Shown here one piece after another: positions 1 through 8,284 of a stretch of 33,706 bases of DNA. The stretch lies in the IMG/VR virus record IMGVR_UViG_3300045988_099363. One strand, written 5' to 3'. Every line of letters starts with the position of its first letter. Positions within the stretch are counted from its first letter, which is position 1. The position numbers were made by a program, and so were the translations under genes. The notes beneath the pieces are model-generated. The model was given only the letters and a program-made list of their open reading frames with translations, had not been told where the DNA came from and searched no databases. This DNA comes from a virus.

Positions 1-55
1 CGGCCTTAAAATGCCTTGTATTGTTTTGCCCAAAAATAGTAATTTTTTATCAGTA
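1..55. repeat. Window-terminal direct repeat (1-55 = 33652-33706), consistent with wrap-around of a circular or permuted genome of about 33,651 bp
   Basis: Exact 55-nt identity read directly at both ends of the window. Confidence 0.9.
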
Positions 56-98
56 TTTTTTTATCAGTAATTTTTTATCAGTAATTTTTTTATCTGGA
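29..98. repeat. About 4 tandem direct repeats of an AT-rich 14-15 bp unit (ATCAGTAATTTTTT); iteron-like, possible origin or regulator-binding array
   Basis: Repeated unit visible by eye: tagtaattttttatcag / tatttttttatcag / taattttttatcag / taatttttttatctgg. Confidence 0.7.
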
Positions 99-187
99 TT
101 GAGTTGTTACGAAAAAAATACACAAAAATCAAAACAACGATATTTTTCAAGACAAGTGTTATTGCAATTAACAACCAATCGCATAAT

Positions 188-216
188 TTGACAATGATGT
201 TATTTTGCGTTATAAT
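188..216 (+). promoter_or_regulatory. Sigma-70 type promoter: TTGACA, 17 bp spacer, TATAAT (perfect consensus)
   Basis: ttgaca at 188-193, tataat at 211-216, read directly. Confidence 0.6.
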
Positions 217-277
217 AATAATTAGTTCCAGTAAGTTCCATGAAAAACCGTTTAAGACGGTAGCAAATTGTACAAAA

Positions 278-321
278 ATAACTGCAAACTATTTAGGTGT
301 AGAGTAACAGTTATTTTTTTG
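278..321 (+). terminator. Hairpin (ataactg ... cagttat) followed by a T7 run; candidate intrinsic terminator about 100 nt downstream of the 188-216 promoter
   Basis: 7-bp stem with a long loop, then ttttttt at 314-320. Confidence 0.35.
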
Positions 322-342
322 TCATTAAATTTTAAAATATCC

Positions 343-382
343 GATAAAAATCGGACAAAAGTTACAAAATAAGTGGTATAAT
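343..382 (+). promoter_or_regulatory. Extended -10 promoter (TGgTATAAT at 374-382, weak -35 GGACAA) overlapped by a perfect palindrome TCCGAT-aaaa-ATCGGA (343-358), a candidate operator for middle-gene control
   Basis: Motifs read directly; the palindrome overlaps the -35 position. Confidence 0.5.
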
Positions 383-550
383 ACGGCTATGATGACTGCG
401 AATAAAATTTCAATCACACACATTAACACGTATTATCGCATGATTCATTGCAGGCACGCCCTGCGTACATAGATATGTGCGAGCTTAACCACACTAAAAG
501 AAAGCTAAGTTTATTGTGATTTTTGACTGCTAGGAAAGACTGGCAATTGA

Positions 551-622
551 TGAGAATTAGCTCAGTTGGTAGAGCGTCTGACTGTTAATCAGAAAGTCAC
601 AGGTTCGAGTCCTGTATTCTCA
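551..622 (+). tRNA. tRNA-Asn (anticodon GTT)
   Basis: Cloverleaf: acceptor tgagaat/attctca, D arm agctcagttggtagagc, anticodon loop ctGTTaa, T arm caggttcgagtcctg. Confidence 0.85.
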
Positions 623-823
623 GTTATTAACCTTGGTCGGATTAACGGTTAATTAAAACTGCTTACGAAAATTATCAGTTGACAAGCATGGTTGCAATAT
701 GGATTACACTTCTTGATAGCCGTTCGATTCGGAGGTTGTCAGTAGGTTAGGGAACTCTGAAGGTAACTAATCTAAAGAAAGGTAGAGATTGCCTTCGGTT
801 ATTCTCTTTTTTACGAGGTTAAA

Positions 824-1792
824 ATGAAATTATCGTTAGATGAAAAGAAAATAAGAAAAGGGAAACCAGTCGGATTGCCTTACCAAGGTAGCAAGAAAAA
901 AATTAGTAAAAAGATTGTTGAAATCATTAAGCAAAACTTTGGAACTGATAAACCGATATATGACATTTTTGGCGGTGGCGGTGCAATCACTGCCGAATGC
1001 ATTTTAAACGGCTTAGATGTCCGTTATAACGACTTGGACGAAGCTATTACTGATATGTTCCAAAAAGTTTTAAACCAAGATAGGTAATGGATTAAGACGT
1101 TAATCGTTAGTCGTGAGGAATTTTTTGAAATTAAGGCGAAGGAAAACAAGACGACCGATGACTCTTTGAAATTGCTGATTAATTCTTTTGGTAACAACAG
1201 AAAACATTATCTATATAGCACAGAATGGTCAGATATGAAGTATAACCTAGCGATTGAGGTTATTACTAAGCACGATGTGTTTAGCGGGTATAAACAAACT
1301 GAAACGTATAAAAACGCTAGACGACCATACGATAAAGGTAAACCTGAAAAAAACAATGTACTACAACAGTTACAACGGTTACAACGGTTACAACAGTTAC
1401 AACAGTTAGAACAGTTACAACAGTTAGAACGGGTAGAACGGTTAGGACGGTTTGAACAGTTAGAACGGTTAGGACGGTTTGAACAGTTAGAACGGTTAGA
1501 AGCAACAAATTTAAGTTACAATTGCTTTTCGGATGTTAAAGATAGTATTTTGTATCTTTAACATCCATATCAAGGAACACATAATTATTATAAGCTTGAA
1601 TTTGATAGCTTGAAGTTTTATGACTGGGCGTATGAAATGGCTAAAAATAATATCGTGATAATTTCGAGTTATTCAATTTCAGATGATAGATTTGAAGAAG
1701 TTTATAGCTTTGATAAAGCTAGAAGCACGCTTCAAGGTGGGATCGGAAACGGTAAATGTGAAAAATTATTTATGGTTAAGACATAATATTAG
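824..1792 (+). pseudogene. Dam-family N6-adenine DNA methyltransferase, disrupted. One reading frame carries Dam motifs (PYQGSK, FGGGGAI, LINSFGNN) but is broken by in-frame TAA stops at 1085-1087 and 1559-1561 and carries a 9-bp repeat insertion. The DPPY catalytic motif is replaced by *HPY
   Basis: Same-frame ORF pieces 824-1084, 1088-1558 and 1562-1792; motif comparison with E. coli Dam is from memory. Confidence 0.6.
1357..1500. repeat. 9-bp minisatellite, about 15-16 tandem copies (consensus ASAACRGTT), with a 27-bp higher-order duplication; encodes (QQL/ERL)n in the MTase frame
   Basis: acaacagtt acaacggtt acaacggtt ... agaacggtt aggacggtt tgaacagtt read directly. Confidence 0.9.
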
Positions 1793-1876
1793 GTATGACT
1801 TTTTATTTAAATTAAGTATTAAAAAATATCCCGATTTGACTTTTATTTTTCAAACTGATATAATCATTTTATAAAT

Positions 1877-1898
1877 CGTTAGTTTTTACTAACGTTTT
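1877..1898 (+). terminator. Intrinsic terminator: cgttagt-tttt-actaacg followed by TTTT
   Basis: Perfect 7-bp stem, 4-nt loop, T run. Confidence 0.7.
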
Positions 1899-1928
1899 CC
1901 ACGTTCTCAATTTTGAGAGCGTGGTTAA

Positions 1929-2002
1929 ATATGGTTAGTTTAACAGGCTAGTACGCCCACAATCTAGGTGGAAAGTCGCAGGTTCAAGCCCTGCACCATA
2001 TT
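1929..2002 (+). tRNA. tRNA-Arg (anticodon TCT)-like gene with non-canonical features (A at position 33, one D-stem mismatch, 4-bp anticodon stem); possibly a degenerate tRNA
   Basis: Perfect 7-bp acceptor stem atatggt/accatat, perfect T arm gcagg-ttcaagc-cctgc, anticodon loop aaTCTag. Confidence 0.5.
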
Positions 2003-2085
2003 TCTTTGGTTAAGATAGTGAGGCCATCGGTTTGAACCCGAGAAAAGATGTATCATGTAGAGATACACGACTATCATAATACGCA

Positions 2086-2110
2086 CCGCCTATGTTTTTA
2101 ATGTAGGCGG
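2086..2110. other. Inverted repeat ccgccta-(11 nt)-taggcgg between the middle region and terS; candidate packaging (cos/pac) or regulatory structure
   Basis: 7-bp perfect stem read directly; no strong T run follows. Confidence 0.3.
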
Positions 2111-2124
2111 TTCATATTCAAAAC

Positions 2125-2156
2125 AAGGACAGAAATGTCTTTTTTTGTGCTATAAT
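2125..2156 (+). promoter_or_regulatory. Extended -10 promoter (TGcTATAAT at 2148-2156) upstream of terS
   Basis: Motif read directly; no clear -35. Confidence 0.4.
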
Positions 2157-2178
2157 TATTTTAAAAAGGAGTATTAAA

Positions 2179-2649
2179 ATGGCTAAAAAAAGAAAAGTAC
2201 ATCAAAATTCATTGAAGAACTTAAAAAACATTGGCGACCGTTCCCCTGAAGAAAAGTTCGCCATCCAGTCCGCAGGAGGTAAAAAGTCAGCTGAAAATCG
2301 CAGAAAGAAAGCAAACTTAAGAAAAGCGCTTGACCTCGTTCTTATCAATCAGGCACCAACGCCTAAAATGAAGAAGACACTCAAAGAACTGGGCTATGAA
2401 GAAACAACAGAGATGGCGGTCATGCTATCTCTTATCCGTAAAGCCTTAACTGGGGATGTTGGCGCTATCCGTTTAATCAGTGAAATATCACTTACTAATG
2501 CAGAAATTCAAGAACGTAGACAAATTGCCGAAGTCGAAAATATCGAAATCAAAAACAAATTACTACTCGCAAGCGACACAACAGGAAAAGAAGTTAAGCA
2601 AGACGAACGCTTACAAGATATTGCTAAGAGCCTGAGTGAGTTGCTATGA
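2179..2649 (+). CDS. terS: Terminase small subunit
   Basis: 156-aa basic N-terminus, strong RBS aaaggag, ATGA overlap with the large terminase gene; first gene of the late module. Confidence 0.7.
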   Translation: MAKKRKVHQNSLKNLKNIGDRSPEEKFAIQSAGGKKSAENRRKKANLRKALDLVLINQAPTPKMKKTLKELGYEETTEMAVMLSLIRKALTGDVGAIRLISEISLTNAEIQERRQIAEVENIEIKNKLLLASDTTGKEVKQDERLQDIAKSLSELL

Positions 2650-3884
2650 AGTTTACCACGAAACAACGAAAAATTATAAGAGAGCTAAACACTAAAAAAG
2701 ATTGGCATATACTCATAACGCATGGTGCTAAACGTAGTGGCAAGACTGTGCTGAACAATATGCTATTCATTAAAGAACTGGCAAAGGTTAAGGCGACTGC
2801 TGAAAGTTTGGGGATTGATATACCGCAGTATATTTTGGGTGGATTTACAATGTCAACGCTCCGACAAAACATTATTTCAGAACTTGAAAACATGGGCATC
2901 AAGATTAAGACTGACCGCTACAATAATTTCATGCTTATGGGTGTTTATGTCGTGCAAACCTCAACAGGCGATATAGGAGGAATCGGGCGCATAAGGGGGA
3001 TGACATCATTCGGGGCTTACGTAAATGAGGCCAGCTTATGCAATAGAGATGTGTTTGACGAAATAATCGCACGTTGTTCTGGTGCAGGTTCTCGTATCAT
3101 TTGTGATACCAACCCAGACAACCCAGAACATTGGTTATTAAAAGACTATATCAATAACGAATCAGACCCTCATATATTAAATTATCATTTCGAGTTAGAT
3201 GATAATGAGTTCCTAGACCCTGACTACAAGCGCAATATTAAATTATCAACCCCAAAAGGAATGTTTTATGACAGAGCTATCAAAGGCTTATGGGTATCTG
3301 GTCAAGGCACTATCTATTCAATGTTTGACAAATCCAAGATGTCGCTGTCTGAAGAACAAGCCTATGGGCAAACCTATGAGCGTTTCTTTGTTGGTGTTGA
3401 CTGGGGTTTTAACCACCCGACTGCTTTTACTGTTTGTGGATATAAGGACGGTGTTTACACACTCATAGAGGAACACTCAGGAAGTGGTAAGGCTATTAAG
3501 CATTGGGAAGAAGTAGCGCTTGATATTGAGAAACGCTTCGGAAGGGGCATACCTTTTTATTGTGACACAGCTAACAGCGAACACGTAAGTGACCTTATAA
3601 GCGTTGGAATTAACGCATTAGGTGCTAACAAGTCCGTGATGAATGGGATTGAATACCTCAGCAGTTTAATGCAGAATGGCAGGTTCTTTGTCAACTATGA
3701 TTCTTGTCCGCTTTTTAAAACTGAAATTTATAAGTACGTTTGGGAAGAAAAGACAGGACAACCTGTTAAATTAAACGATGACTGTATGGATTCATTAAGG
3801 TATGCCATTTATAACGATTACTTGCAACACGCAACCAAATCAGCAACTATTGAAGACTTTAAAGTCTTACGGAAATTTATGTGA
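2646..3884 (+). CDS. terL: Terminase large subunit (PBSX/SPP1-like ATPase and nuclease)
   Basis: 412 aa; P-loop-like HGAKRSGKT near the N-terminus; conserved position. Confidence 0.85.
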   Translation: MKFTTKQRKIIRELNTKKDWHILITHGAKRSGKTVLNNMLFIKELAKVKATAESLGIDIPQYILGGFTMSTLRQNIISELENMGIKIKTDRYNNFMLMGVYVVQTSTGDIGGIGRIRGMTSFGAYVNEASLCNRDVFDEIIARCSGAGSRIICDTNPDNPEHWLLKDYINNESDPHILNYHFELDDNEFLDPDYKRNIKLSTPKGMFYDRAIKGLWVSGQGTIYSMFDKSKMSLSEEQAYGQTYERFFVGVDWGFNHPTAFTVCGYKDGVYTLIEEHSGSGKAIKHWEEVALDIEKRFGRGIPFYCDTANSEHVSDLISVGINALGANKSVMNGIEYLSSLMQNGRFFVNYDSCPLFKTEIYKYVWEEKTGQPVKLNDDCMDSLRYAIYNDYLQHATKSATIEDFKVLRKFM

Positions 3885-3892
3885 GGAATGAA

Positions 3893-5386
3893 ATGACCGA
3901 TATTTTAAAAGTAAATGGATTCGAAACAGACACAGACATGATAAGTGGTAGTTTAACGAGTGAAAAACTTATCTTTGATGTACAGAGTAACATTCACTAT
4001 AAAGCTGATGGCATAGACGAGTTGTTAGGCGATATTAACACGGTATTTGAATTTATCAAACACCACGTTCAAAATCAGATTTTTAGGCTTTCTGTGCTTG
4101 ATGATTACTACAAAGGGCGCAACACAGCACTATTCACAGCAAACAGACGACTTACGGAAAACAAGTCTGACCACCGCATTGCCCACAATTTTGCGAAGAT
4201 TATCACGCAATTCAAGGTAGGTTATATCACAGGAAACCCTATCAAAATTACAGCTATTGATGATGACGTGACAGATAAAATCACGGAATTTAACGACCTG
4301 AACGAAGCTGATACCCTTAACACAGAGCTTATGCTTGATGTATCTAAATATGGGCGAGCCTATGAAATTCAGTACCGCAACAAAGACGATGAGGATATAA
4401 GCGTATTATCGAACGTTTTTGAAACATTTGTCATTTACGATACAGCCCTAGACCGTCAAGCACTTATGGGAGTTCGCTATGTAAAAGTTATCAAAGACAC
4501 AAAAGACTATTACAATGTGACTTTATATACTGATAAGCAAGTCATTCAAATTGACGAGGTAGACTTAACAGCTTCTGACTTTAAAAACAAATTTGAAAAC
4601 GCTGACTTCTCTAATCACTTTTATGGCGATGTACCAGTAATTGAGTACGCAAACAACCGTTTCCGCATGGGCGATTATGAAGACATGCTAAGTCTATTTG
4701 ACGCTTACGACCAAGCGACAAGCGACACAGCTAACCACTTGACTGATACGATTAACTCACTATTAGTTATTTCGGGCGACTTTAAAGTGGCAGGACTTAA
4801 AGCTGAGGATATGTCTAATCAAATCAAAAAATACAACTTATTAGGTTTGCAGAGTGGACGTGACTTATCAGGCAAACAGACTAGCGTAGATGCAAAGTAT
4901 ATTAGTCCTGAACTTAATGTCAGCGATGCAGAGCTTTACAAGGAACGTTTAAGAAAAGATATTTTCACACTTTCAAACGTACCAGACATGACAGACCAAA
5001 ATTTTAGTGGTAATTCAAGCGGGCAAGCTATGAAATACAAGCTATTTGGCTTTGAGCAGACTATTTCAGCGACTGAGCGAGTTTTCAAAAAGTCTTTGAT
5101 TAAACGATACAAATTACTTTTTTCTAAGTTGAAAACATTAAAAGAAAGTAAAGGACTTAATGAACTGTTAAAAGTTACGTTTATCCCTAACTTACCTAAG
5201 GCAGTTACTGAAGAACTTAAAATGCTTACGGATAGCGGAACACCTGTTTCGACACGTACTAAGCTAGGGCTAGTGTCATTTATTGATGATGCAGATGTTG
5301 AGCTTGATTTGATTAGTGAAGAAGAAAAAAGTACACAACCTGTACCGAACCAATACCCTGATAACTTTACAACTGAAAATGAATGA
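3893..5386 (+). CDS. Portal protein
   Basis: About 497 aa directly after terL. The ATG at 3893 with RBS gagga is preferred over the GTG at 3881 used in the ORF track. Confidence 0.8.
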   Translation: MTDILKVNGFETDTDMISGSLTSEKLIFDVQSNIHYKADGIDELLGDINTVFEFIKHHVQNQIFRLSVLDDYYKGRNTALFTANRRLTENKSDHRIAHNFAKIITQFKVGYITGNPIKITAIDDDVTDKITEFNDLNEADTLNTELMLDVSKYGRAYEIQYRNKDDEDISVLSNVFETFVIYDTALDRQALMGVRYVKVIKDTKDYYNVTLYTDKQVIQIDEVDLTASDFKNKFENADFSNHFYGDVPVIEYANNRFRMGDYEDMLSLFDAYDQATSDTANHLTDTINSLLVISGDFKVAGLKAEDMSNQIKKYNLLGLQSGRDLSGKQTSVDAKYISPELNVSDAELYKERLRKDIFTLSNVPDMTDQNFSGNSSGQAMKYKLFGFEQTISATERVFKKSLIKRYKLLFSKLKTLKESKGLNELLKVTFIPNLPKAVTEELKMLTDSGTPVSTRTKLGLVSFIDDADVELDLISEEEKSTQPVPNQYPDNFTTENE

Positions 5387-5394
5387 GGTGCTGA

Positions 5395-6282
5395 ATGGAA
5401 AGCTTCGAGTATTGGCGCAATCGTGAACATAAGACGATTGACAAGATAGAAAAAAACCAAGAAAAGTTTTTAAAAAGTATTTCAGATGAATATGACAAGG
5501 CGCTTGAAGATATTGAAAAAGAAATAAACAGGAACTTTTTAAAATATTCAAAAGACAACTTATTGACTATATCAGAGCTTATGAAAAAGGCTGATAAGTT
5601 TGATGTCGTAAAATTCAATGACAAGGTTAAGAAATATATCGAGCGTGGTGTATTTGACAAGTCCATGAATGACCTGAGCATTTACAACTTGAAGATGAGA
5701 GTTAGTCGACTAGAATTTATGAAAGCAAAGATTGAATTTGAAGTTGACAAGCTGACTAACCAATTAAAAAGCGAGTACGAGGAACAACTCAGAAAAGAAA
5801 CGATTGATGAGTATAAGCGACAATCAGGCATACTTGAACCGCATATCAATTATGGCGCTAATACGGTTGCGGTAATCGTCAATAGTAGCTTCTACAATGC
5901 TAATTTTTCACAAAGGCTATGGGGCAATGGAGAAAGTTTAAAATCAGTTATCAACACAACGGTCAACCGTTTAATTTTGCAAGGTGTACACCCTGACAAG
6001 ATGATAAGCGAGTTACGCAAGCTGTTTGGTGTTTCATATTCGGAAGCTAGGCGTGTGCTTATAACTGAAAGCGCTAGAGTACAAGGCGATGTACAAATTG
6101 ACAGCATAGAGCAGGCAGGCTTTAATTCTTATGTTTATATTGCAGAACGCAGGTCGTGCGTGATTTGTGGCAGTCTTAACGGAAAAGTCTTTCTAGTGAA
6201 AGATAAAGAGATTGGCTTGAATATGTACCCAATGCACCCAAATTGTAGGTGCCGAATAGCACCTTATGAAGATGAGAAATAG
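5395..6282 (+). CDS. Head morphogenesis protein (Mu F / SPP1 gp7-like minor head protein)
   Basis: 295 aa with a C-terminal Cys/His motif CVICGS...HPNCRCR typical of Mu F-like proteins; position after the portal gene. Confidence 0.7.
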   Translation: MESFEYWRNREHKTIDKIEKNQEKFLKSISDEYDKALEDIEKEINRNFLKYSKDNLLTISELMKKADKFDVVKFNDKVKKYIERGVFDKSMNDLSIYNLKMRVSRLEFMKAKIEFEVDKLTNQLKSEYEEQLRKETIDEYKRQSGILEPHINYGANTVAVIVNSSFYNANFSQRLWGNGESLKSVINTTVNRLILQGVHPDKMISELRKLFGVSYSEARRVLITESARVQGDVQIDSIEQAGFNSYVYIAERRSCVICGSLNGKVFLVKDKEIGLNMYPMHPNCRCRIAPYEDEK

Positions 6283-6284
6283 TC

Positions 6285-6312
6285 TTGACAATACGTCATA
6301 ATTTGGTATAAT
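6285..6312 (+). promoter_or_regulatory. Near-perfect sigma-70 promoter TTGACA-(16)-TGgTATAAT inside the late structural cluster
   Basis: ttgaca at 6285-6290, tataat at 6307-6312 with an upstream TG. Confidence 0.6.
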
Positions 6313-6319
6313 GAATTTG

Positions 6320-6421
6320 TGCTTGATACGCACAATCCTTTCTATCCATGTTTGTCATGTGGCTATCCTTTCAGAGTAAAAAAGCAATCGTTTTCCAATT
6401 TGACGGTTGCTTTTTTATTTT
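6320..6421 (+). ncRNA. Candidate small RNA of about 100 nt, bounded by the 6285-6312 promoter and an intrinsic terminator
   Basis: No ORF; internal hairpin gtgc-ttgatac-gcac; terminator stem gcaatcg/cggttgc plus T6. Confidence 0.3.
6384..6421 (+). terminator. Intrinsic terminator (7-bp stem with one G-U pair, T-rich tail ttttttatttt)
   Basis: Read directly. Confidence 0.55.
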
Positions 6422-6502
6422 ACTTTTGATATAATAAAAATGTAGACGATGTGATGATTGTTTGCCTCCTGTTGGTTTGGAAAAAGTCGCTTAAAATTTT
6501 AA

Positions 6503-6531
6503 GTGATTTTTTTTAATTTTCATGGTATAAT
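6503..6531 (+). promoter_or_regulatory. Extended -10 promoter (catGGTATAAT) about 150 nt upstream of the scaffold gene; the leader contains a small hairpin
   Basis: tataat at 6526-6531 with a TG at -15/-14. Confidence 0.4.
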
Positions 6532-6683
6532 AATTTTGTAACAAGCTTATCTCTTAAAGCTAAATAAATAAGAGGAAAAAATAAGCGTGTGTGAGTTGAA
6601 TGTTTGTGGTAATCGTTTTTGGGGAAACGTGAGAGGGGTTACCGCTTTATGGCTTTCATGGGCAAAAAAAGAGGAGTATTAAA

Positions 6684-7235
6684 ATGGCGGAAGATAACAC
6701 AACCGTAGGCGAACAAGCAATTGAAAGTGCAGAGGGTGGCGAAAAAGAAACGCTGACTTTTACGCAATCAGAACTTGACAGCTACACGGACAAGAAAATC
6801 AATAAGGCGCTTGAAACTAAAACAGTTAAAATGCTTGAAGAGTTTGAGCAAAAGCGCAAAGAAAGCGAAGATAAAGCCGTGAAACTCGCACAAATGAGCG
6901 AGAGTGAACGCCTTAATGCAAAGATTGCTGAACGTGAACTTGAAGTTGAAAAACGTGAAAAAGAAATCAAACTTCAAGAATACCGCTTACAAGCTGAATC
7001 TGAATTGTCTAACCTTGATTTGCCTAAGTCTTTAGTAAGTCTTGTATTGTCTAATGACGTTGAAACTACTCAAAGCAATATCACGGAGTTATCAACAGCT
7101 GTTGATAACATTGTGAATAGTCGCATTAAAGAGCTTGCACAACAGGACACACCTAAAGGCGCAAAAACAACTGTTTCAAGCTCATCAACTCAAAACGACC
7201 TCATGAAATTCGCTCATGAGGCGAGAATTATTTAA
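6684..7235 (+). CDS. Scaffolding protein
   Basis: 183 aa, acidic and helical (Glu/Lys-rich coiled-coil character), immediately upstream of the capsid gene. Its ribosome-binding and start sequence (ggagtattaaaATGgc) is identical to that of terS. Confidence 0.7.
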   Translation: MAEDNTTVGEQAIESAEGGEKETLTFTQSELDSYTDKKINKALETKTVKMLEEFEQKRKESEDKAVKLAQMSESERLNAKIAERELEVEKREKEIKLQEYRLQAESELSNLDLPKSLVSLVLSNDVETTQSNITELSTAVDNIVNSRIKELAQQDTPKGAKTTVSSSSTQNDLMKFAHEARII

Positions 7236-7246
7236 GGAGATTTAAA

Positions 7247-8245
7247 ATGGCACAAACATTTAAACCTGATAATGTAACGGTCTTACAAAACAAAAACGGA
7301 GAAATTCCAAGTGATACAACACTATTAATTCAACAAGCCGTTATCGCTAACTCTAAGGTTATGCAACTTGGTAAAGTTGAACCTATGGAAGGCTTGAAAA
7401 AAACTTTTGAAGTCTTTGTCAAAGGCGGGGGCGCTTACTGGATTAACGAAACTCAAAAAATCCCAACAGCTAAATCTGAATTTAAAACAATCACGATGGA
7501 AGCTAAAAAACTTGCTGTAATCTTACCAGTTTCAAATGAATACTTGACAATGAAAATGCCTGCTTTCTTTGAATTTATGAAAGATAAAATCGCAGAAGCC
7601 TTCTACAAGAAATTTGATGAAGCGGTAATTGTTGGTCATAACAACCCTTTCAAACAATCAATTGCACGTTCAATTGAAACAACTGGTAAAAACAAAACCG
7701 TTGCAATTTCTTATGATAGTATCCTTGGTCTTGAAGATGACCTCTATAAAGATGATATCGAAGCTAACGCTTTCATCTCTAAAGTTCAAAACCGCACAGA
7801 CTTACGTAACTCTGTTAAAACAATCAATGGCGTGTCTCAATCACTTTATGAACGAGCAACAAACACGATTGACGGAGTAACAACAGTTGACTTTAAGTCT
7901 GAAAACTTCCCTAAAGGCGCTTTGATTGCAGGTGACTTTGATAACTTGGTCTATGGTATTCCACAAGGTATGACATTCTCAGTATCTGATTCAGCGCAGT
8001 TGTCAACACTTTCAAATGAAGACGGTTCGCCTGTAAACTTGTTCGAACAAGATATGCAAGCGTTACGTGTGACAATGCACGTAGCTTGCATGATTATCAA
8101 AGACGAAGCATTCTCAGCGCTTAACTTGCCTAAAGATGAGAAACTATCAGAAACTATGCCTGGTCATGAAAAAGCTATTTCAACTGATAAAGATGCAGTT
8201 ACTAACTCAAAAACACCAACACCGCCTTCTGGACTTGGAGTCTAA
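7247..8245 (+). CDS. Major capsid protein
   Basis: 332 aa; position after the scaffold gene; strong RBS aaggag. Confidence 0.75.
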   Translation: MAQTFKPDNVTVLQNKNGEIPSDTTLLIQQAVIANSKVMQLGKVEPMEGLKKTFEVFVKGGGAYWINETQKIPTAKSEFKTITMEAKKLAVILPVSNEYLTMKMPAFFEFMKDKIAEAFYKKFDEAVIVGHNNPFKQSIARSIETTGKNKTVAISYDSILGLEDDLYKDDIEANAFISKVQNRTDLRNSVKTINGVSQSLYERATNTIDGVTTVDFKSENFPKGALIAGDFDNLVYGIPQGMTFSVSDSAQLSTLSNEDGSPVNLFEQDMQALRVTMHVACMIIKDEAFSALNLPKDEKLSETMPGHEKAISTDKDAVTNSKTPTPPSGLGV

Positions 8246-8284
8246 AAACTGAAAAAATAAAGTAAAAAGGAGGGGTATTGATAA

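Noticed and set aside
104-307. 67-aa plus-strand ORF in the junction region
   Set aside because: No RBS; it overlaps the consensus promoter and terminator. More likely a non-coding control region.
1357-1500. Possible CRISPR array
   Set aside because: The units are contiguous 9-bp repeats with no spacers and no cas genes. This is a minisatellite, not a CRISPR array.
1317-1508. Minus-strand ORF (63 aa, VTVVTV repeats) inside the minisatellite
   Set aside because: It is the reverse-frame reading of the 9-bp repeat. It has no start context and comes from the repeat alone.
1929-2002. Suppressor tRNA (reading TAA) to explain the in-frame TAA stops
   Set aside because: The best anticodon assignment is UCU (Arg). 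The large late genes are uninterrupted in the standard code, so recoding is unlikely.
1900-2120. attP core / integrated-prophage boundary at the tRNA-like element
   Set aside because: No integrase or excisionase is present anywhere in the unit. The terminal repeat indicates a complete circular phage genome rather than a prophage edge.
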